Notes under the pieces: generated by a model | Database searches by the model: none | What the model saw: the letters and a program-made list of their open reading frames with translations, nothing else | Told to the model about the DNA's origin: nothing | Part shown: in pieces, positions 58,905-64,000 of the stretch | Position numbering within the stretch: the stretch's first letter is position 1 | How the letters are laid out: every line of letters starts with the position of its first letter | Translations under genes and position numbers: made by a program | Assembly (NCBI GenBank): GCA_021792255.1 | Contig: JAJYUZ010000002.1 | Coordinates: 96,001-160,000, forward strand | DNA: 64,000 nucleotides | Source: Thermoplasmata archaeon | GTDB taxonomy: Archaea > Thermoplasmatota > Thermoplasmata > Thermoplasmatales > GCA-001856825 | Reading direction: 5' to 3'

Positions 58905-59285
58905 TTAACTCTTATAAGGAGGCCCTTATTATTATATGCACCCTTCGTTGCCATCGACTCTTTTAATGCATCGTCAGCTTGGAGAACAGGGCCTCACTTA
59001 TCCGAAGGTATCTAGATGCGATAACTGCAGTAAATCCAACGACAAGGACAAGTTTGTTTCAATGGCAATGACCCTTCGCGGTCTCTACCTCTGAGGATGT
59101 CCTTTCACCACGAGTGGAAAGTCTTTTTCCCATTGGTGATCGATGAATACCTTTACGTCAGAAATCTACCGGAGACTGCTGGAGCAGGAGGGACCAAAAT
59201 GGAATAAGTTTCGAACGAAATTATGCAAAACAATGCATAGTGTTTCGAAAACGGTAATATTTATTCCCGACAGCAATTGCACATT

Positions 59286-60803
59286 ATGATCATACTCACC
59301 GGAAACGACCTAACTTTGGATCAAGTGATTAGGACAAGTGAGGGAAGAGAAAGAGTTGTCATTTCTAAGGGAGCAATTGATAGAGTCAAGTCAAGCAGAA
59401 CAGAAGTCGAAAATTTTGTCAACTCCGGAAGATCAATTTATGGCGTGACCACGGGTTTTGGGGATCTAATAAGCGAAAAAATAAGCGTGGACCAACTTAA
59501 GGAACTCCAGAGGAATCTGATAAGATCGCACGCTTCAGGTTATGGCAAGCCTCTAGACACGCGGACAGTCAGGGCCATGATGCTTGTGAGGGCAAACTCA
59601 CTCAGCAAGGGAGTTTCCGGTGTTAGACCGGAATTAATACAATCACTCTTAGACATGCTCAACAAGAACATAATTCCCTACATTCCGGAAAAGGGAAGCG
59701 TTGGTTCGTCAGGAGATCTTTCTCCACTTGCTCATCTTGCGCTGACGTTAATCGGCGAGGGCAGAGTTATCGATAATGGAAAAGTCGTAGACTCACAAAG
59801 TGTGTTCGATCAAAAAGGCCTTCAACCGGTCACCCTAGAGGCGAAGGAAGGGATCTCTCTCATTAATGGAACTTCTTACATGCTGGCTAACCTTTCGCTT
59901 GGGTATGCAGATTCCGAGAATCTGCTGAAACACGCAATAATTGCAGCCGGAATGTCGATGCACCTGTTGAGTGCGACAGAAAAGGCACTCAACTGCGGAC
60001 TATTCTATGCTAGGCCTCACACGGAGCACGGAACGGTCGCCATGGCTCTTAAATCCGTAGTTCAAGGAAGCGAGAGAGTGAGAAAAGGAACAGAAACGAA
60101 GATGCAGGATGCGTATTCACTTAGGTGCGTACCGACGGTTCTGGGCTCCGTATTACAGACTATGAACTACGTGAAAGCCATAGTCAACACGGAACTCAAC
60201 TCTGCGACCGATAACCCGCTAGTTCTTCCGGAGGTTGTCTCCGGTTGCAACTTCCACGGTGAACCTCTGGCACTAGCAGCGGACTATCTTTCAATTGCAT
60301 TGACAGACTTGGGCAACATTTCCGAAAGGAGAACTTTCAGAATTCTTGATAAGTCTCTTTCGGGACTTGGTCCTTTTCTGGCAGACAAGCCCGGGGTCGA
60401 ATCCGGTCTGATGATCCCACAGTATGTAGCTGCTGCTCTATGCAATGAGAACAAAGTATTGGCATATCCATCTTCTGCCGACAACATTCCGACTTCCGCG
60501 AACCAGGAAGACCACAACTCTATGGGAGGGACTGCAACGAGGAAGCTAAGAGAAATCGCGTACAACGTGAAAGGAATAGTCGCGATAGAAATGCTAGTTT
60601 CTTATAAGGGAATGGAAATGTACGGAGTTTCAGGGAAGCACCTTAACACGGCTTATTCGATCTTAAATGAAACCATAGGAGAATTTAGGGGGGATAAAGA
60701 ATCAACGACTGCAATTGAGAAAATCTCCAAACTGATAGATTCCAGAAAAATGCTAGATGAGATTCCGGTCAGACTGGATAGGTCTGTCGCCTCTTCTTCC
60801 TAG
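59286..60803 (+). CDS. hutH: Histidine ammonia-lyase
   Basis: YGVTTGFG, NLIRSHA, GSVGSSGDL, KEG..LINGT, QDAYSLRC, DNP, NFHG, SANQEDH.SMG. Confidence 0.9.
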   Translation: MIILTGNDLTLDQVIRTSEGRERVVISKGAIDRVKSSRTEVENFVNSGRSIYGVTTGFGDLISEKISVDQLKELQRNLIRSHASGYGKPLDTRTVRAMMLVRANSLSKGVSGVRPELIQSLLDMLNKNIIPYIPEKGSVGSSGDLSPLAHLALTLIGEGRVIDNGKVVDSQSVFDQKGLQPVTLEAKEGISLINGTSYMLANLSLGYADSENLLKHAIIAAGMSMHLLSATEKALNCGLFYARPHTEHGTVAMALKSVVQGSERVRKGTETKMQDAYSLRCVPTVLGSVLQTMNYVKAIVNTELNSATDNPLVLPEVVSGCNFHGEPLALAADYLSIALTDLGNISERRTFRILDKSLSGLGPFLADKPGVESGLMIPQYVAAALCNENKVLAYPSSADNIPTSANQEDHNSMGGTATRKLREIAYNVKGIVAIEMLVSYKGMEMYGVSGKHLNTAYSILNETIGEFRGDKESTTAIEKISKLIDSRKMLDEIPVRLDRSVASSS

Positions 60804-60954
60804 AACAGATAGCAAACTCATCGCCGTCGAAGAAAACTTCCCTTTCTGGATACTGTCTTCGTACTTCTTCGACCATGTCTAGAATCTCCTTTACGGTGAG
60901 ATTAGTATTTCTCCCTATTTTCCTATGAACGATCTTGTCTTCAAGGGAGTCCAT
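60769..60954 (-). CDS. Small conserved hypothetical protein
   Basis: 61 aa, P.REVFFDGDEFAICSR; co-oriented downstream of hisS. Confidence 0.65.
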   Translation of the reverse strand: MDSLEDKIVHRKIGRNTNLTVKEILDMVEEVRRQYPEREVFFDGDEFAICSRKKRRQTYPV

Positions 60955-61018
60955 CTATGCTTCGTTATTCATTGGTTATTATAAAAGTTTCTTTAATTTC
61001 TCTCGTTTCGCTGCCAAA

Positions 61019-62254
61019 CTATCTTAATTTTTCCAGAATCTCTTTTGCATTCTTCAGCTCAATCTCCTTCTGTTCGCCAGTAGTCATGTTCTTTAGGGAA
61101 ATTGATTCCTGCTTCGCTTCGCTCTCTCCTAAAATAACAACGTATTCGTACCCCATCTTGGAGGCATAGTCAAGTTGTTTGCTGATCCCCCTGTCCATCA
61201 CGTTCAGGTCCACCCCCAGACCTAGTTCTCTGAGTGTGGATGCTACTCTAATAGCATATTTTCTTCCAGCCGAATCAATGGGAGCCAAAAATATCCCTCC
61301 CTCTTTTTTCTGAACCCAGAGTCCCTTTGCCTTCAGTATGTTTTCGAGAACAGCGTCGCCCATTGCGAATCCCGTTGCAGGAGTACTTTCTCCACCCAGT
61401 TGAGCAACCACATTGTCATAACGTCCTCCTCCCAATATTGATCTGAATTTCTCCTCCAAGTCAGATGCTTCCATCACGAATCCAGTATAGTACGCAATCC
61501 CTCTTACTATCTTGAGATCTATTTCTACCTTGATGGCTTCTGACGATCTTACATAGTCGCGAATCTCGTTCAGTTTCTGAAGTTCTGGGTCTTCCATTGT
61601 TTCCAAAATCCTTCCAGTGGAAAAGGAAGTAATTATCTCTTTATCAATGCCTTTCTCTTCGATATAGGACCCTACCTCTTCCTCGCCGAGTTTGTTCCAT
61701 CTGTCTAACAGATAATAAACCTCCTCTTTCTTACCAGGTAAGTAGCTTTGGATGAGTCTGTCTATAAGAATCCTTGAGTTTATCTTCAACTTAGTCGCAT
61801 TTCCAATTCCTAGATTCTTCAATATGTGACCAGCCAGCGAAGATATTTCTGCGTCTGCGAGGTAACTTTCGCTTCCAAGGATATCAGCATTAAGCTGAAA
61901 GAACTCTCTGGTTCTACCAGACTGTGGTTCTTCATATCTCCAGAATTTCTCTACACTGAACCACTTGAGCGGCTTTACCAGATCCTTTCTTGCGGATACC
62001 ATTCTCGACAAAGTGGGAGTAAACTCTGGAATTAGGGAGACTTCCCTGCCGCCCTTGTCCTTGAATGAGAACATCTGGTTCATGATTTCCATCCCGGACT
62101 TATTCGCAAAAAGTTCAACATTTTCCACGGAGGGGCCATCTATCTCTTTGAAGCCAAATTGCCTGCAAGAATCCTTCATTTTTCTGAATATCTCGCTCCT
62201 GATTTCTTGTTCTTCTGGATAGAAATCCCTGAAGCCTCTGAGTCTTTCTACCAT
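61019..62254 (-). CDS. hisS: Histidyl-tRNA synthetase
   Basis: RGFRDF, PE.TP, WRYE.PQ.GR.REF.Q, RGIAYYTG, GGGRYD. Confidence 0.96.
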   Translation of the reverse strand: MVERLRGFRDFYPEEQEIRSEIFRKMKDSCRQFGFKEIDGPSVENVELFANKSGMEIMNQMFSFKDKGGREVSLIPEFTPTLSRMVSARKDLVKPLKWFSVEKFWRYEEPQSGRTREFFQLNADILGSESYLADAEISSLAGHILKNLGIGNATKLKINSRILIDRLIQSYLPGKKEEVYYLLDRWNKLGEEEVGSYIEEKGIDKEIITSFSTGRILETMEDPELQKLNEIRDYVRSSEAIKVEIDLKIVRGIAYYTGFVMEASDLEEKFRSILGGGRYDNVVAQLGGESTPATGFAMGDAVLENILKAKGLWVQKKEGGIFLAPIDSAGRKYAIRVASTLRELGLGVDLNVMDRGISKQLDYASKMGYEYVVILGESEAKQESISLKNMTTGEQKEIELKNAKEILEKLR

Positions 62255-62371
62255 TTCTACACTCTCTCGTTCTACATTAGCCAGAACTATGTTAAAATTT
62301 GGTTTGGTTTGACCTGGTTTGGAGCATCCGACTAATCATAAATAAGAGGATGGAATAAGGACTGGAGACTT

Positions 62372-63565
62372 ATGAAAATTTCCGTTGAAAACAATAGTTT
62401 AGTGGTTCCTAATGTCTTAGACATCCCATACATAGAGGGCGATGGAATCGGGCCCGACATTTCAAAGGCAACGAAGAAAGTTGTCGACGAGGCAATCAAG
62501 ATCTCCTACGGAAACGAGAGGAAAATCAACTGGACAGAATTGGTAGCAGGGGAGAAAGCGATCTCGAAGTTCGGTACCCCGTTACCGGAAGACACAGTCA
62601 AGAAGATCACTGAACACAGGATAGCACTGAAGGGGCCACTGACCACTCCTATAGGCGGCGGATTCAGGAGCGTCAACGTGACTCTCAGGCAAATAATGGA
62701 CCTTTACGCCAACGTCAGACCGGTGAAGTACTATCCGGGTCTCCCAAGTCCCCTTAAGAATCCTGAAAAAGTGGACATGGTAGTCTTCAGGGAGAATACG
62801 GAGGATGTTTACATGGGAATTGAGTTTCCTGCCGACAGCAAAGAAGCAGTGCAGGTAATTGACTTAATGAGCAAGCTTGGTTATTCTATAAGGAGTGGCT
62901 CAGGCATTGGAATAAAGCCGATAAGCAAGTTTGGAAGTATGAGAATTTCGAAAATGGCTATAGATTATGCATTCGCCAACAAGAGGAAGAACATCACGAT
63001 AATGCACAAAGGGAACATCATGAAGTACACGGAAGGTGCGTTTAAGGAGTGGGCATATGAGACAGCAAAGGAGTACGGAGATAGGATAGTCAACGAAACG
63101 GAGGTAGCCGGGAAGAAAATGGACGGTAAGCTAGTCTTAAAGGACAGGATAGCCGACAACATGTTCCAGCAAATTCTGCTGAGACCGGATGAGTACGACG
63201 TAATTCTCTGCCCAAATCTAAACGGAGACTACATTTCTGACGCACTTGCAGCCCAAATCGGAGGAATCGGAGTCGCTCCTTCCGGGAATATCGGAGACAA
63301 CTATGCTATCTTCGAAGCGGTTCATGGCTCTGCACCCAAGTATGCGAATCTCGATGTCGCTGATCCGTCGTCCCTAACGTTGTCAGCGGTCATGATGCTA
63401 AGGTACATAAAATGGAACGAGTCAGCAGACATCATAGAGAAAGCATTTGTGGACACTCTTAGAGACAAACAGGTACCTCAGGATCTTGCACGACATCTCG
63501 GAGTGAAAGCTCTTACGACTTCAGAATTCGCGAATAGCATCGTACAGCATATGGCCGCAAAGTGA
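62372..63565 (+). CDS. icd: Isocitrate dehydrogenase (NADP+)
   Basis: IEGDGIG, KGPLTTP.GGG.RS.NV, RENTED.Y, HKGNIMKYTEG, NLNGDY.SD, HGSAPKY. Confidence 0.95.
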   Translation: MKISVENNSLVVPNVLDIPYIEGDGIGPDISKATKKVVDEAIKISYGNERKINWTELVAGEKAISKFGTPLPEDTVKKITEHRIALKGPLTTPIGGGFRSVNVTLRQIMDLYANVRPVKYYPGLPSPLKNPEKVDMVVFRENTEDVYMGIEFPADSKEAVQVIDLMSKLGYSIRSGSGIGIKPISKFGSMRISKMAIDYAFANKRKNITIMHKGNIMKYTEGAFKEWAYETAKEYGDRIVNETEVAGKKMDGKLVLKDRIADNMFQQILLRPDEYDVILCPNLNGDYISDALAAQIGGIGVAPSGNIGDNYAIFEAVHGSAPKYANLDVADPSSLTLSAVMMLRYIKWNESADIIEKAFVDTLRDKQVPQDLARHLGVKALTTSEFANSIVQHMAAK

Positions 63566-63626
63566 GTATTATGGCAAGAAGCTACAATTAACTATTTATA
63601 TACACTATATATAAACTTCGAAAAAT

Positions 63627-64000
63627 ATGGCTGAAGAAGAAAACATAGCGATTGAGAATATTGTTGCTTCGACATCACTCGCAGATAAGCTCGATTTAAG
63701 CAAAATAGCACTTGCTCTGGAAGGTTCAGAATACGAGCCTGAACAATTTCCCGGTTTAATTTATAGACTTGCCGAACCAAAAACGGCTGTTTTGATTTTC
63801 AGGTCAGGAAAGGTAAACTGTACTGGGGCTAAGACCATAGACTCAGTCAACAAGACCATAAGTACAATAGTAGACAAACTCAAGAAAACTGGAATAGCGG
63901 TAAACAGCAACCCCGATATAGTAGTGCAGAACATAGTGGCAGTATACGATCTTAACATGCAGCTCAATCTTACCAACATTGCTATGTCCCTTGGATTAGA
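63627..64000 (+). CDS. tbp: TATA-box binding protein (truncated by the window end)
   Basis: Manual translation: MAEEENIAIENIVAS...YEPEQFPGLIYRL.EPK...LIFRSGKVNCTGAK...VQNIVA. Confidence 0.96.
   Translation, partial: MAEEENIAIENIVASTSLADKLDLSKIALALEGSEYEPEQFPGLIYRLAEPKTAVLIFRSGKVNCTGAKTIDSVNKTISTIVDKLKKTGIAVNSNPDIVVQNIVAVYDLNMQLNLTNIAMSLGL

Noticed and set aside
1-64000. CRISPR arrays, IS elements, integrases, inteins, rRNA
   Set aside because: No regularly spaced repeats, transposase or integrase motifs, oversize insertions in rfcS/valS, or rRNA-like sequence found by eye; short degenerate elements could have been missed.

Overview
Gene-dense archaeal chromosomal segment of about 75 CDS and 2 tRNAs, most consistent with a thermoacidophilic Thermoplasmata/Thermoplasmatales-type euryarchaeon. 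The evidence is the proteasome-exosome superoperon, TBP, aIF5A, G1P dehydrogenase, tetraether synthase Tes, non-phosphorylative Entner-Doudoroff genes, and many leaderless TATA-preceded starts. Most of the window is housekeeping: valS, hisS, rib operon, psmA-SBDS-rrp4/41/42-rpl37ae-rpoP-pus10-rpl21e-rpoF-rsmA, purB/purN, dph2/dph5, rfcS-hjc, icd, tbp. I saw no CRISPR array, transposase, integrase or provirus. Most interesting observations: (1) a hyaluronan/chitin-synthase-like processive GT2 next to a UDP-sulfoquinovose (agl-like) cluster; (2) a glucose-catabolism operon in which a cyclase/KynB-family metallohydrolase is translationally coupled between gluconate dehydratase and glucose dehydrogenase, a candidate for the missing gluconolactonase; (3) a Holliday-junction resolvase whose conserved N-terminus can only be made from a non-canonical ACG start or by read-through from rfcS; (4) active-site variants: ValRS PMHAS for KMSKS, HutH SSG MIO triad, NRAMP DAPS; (5) a DtxR operator palindrome; (6) an orphan Zn-HNH nuclease. 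All product calls come from recognising motifs by eye, without database searches.
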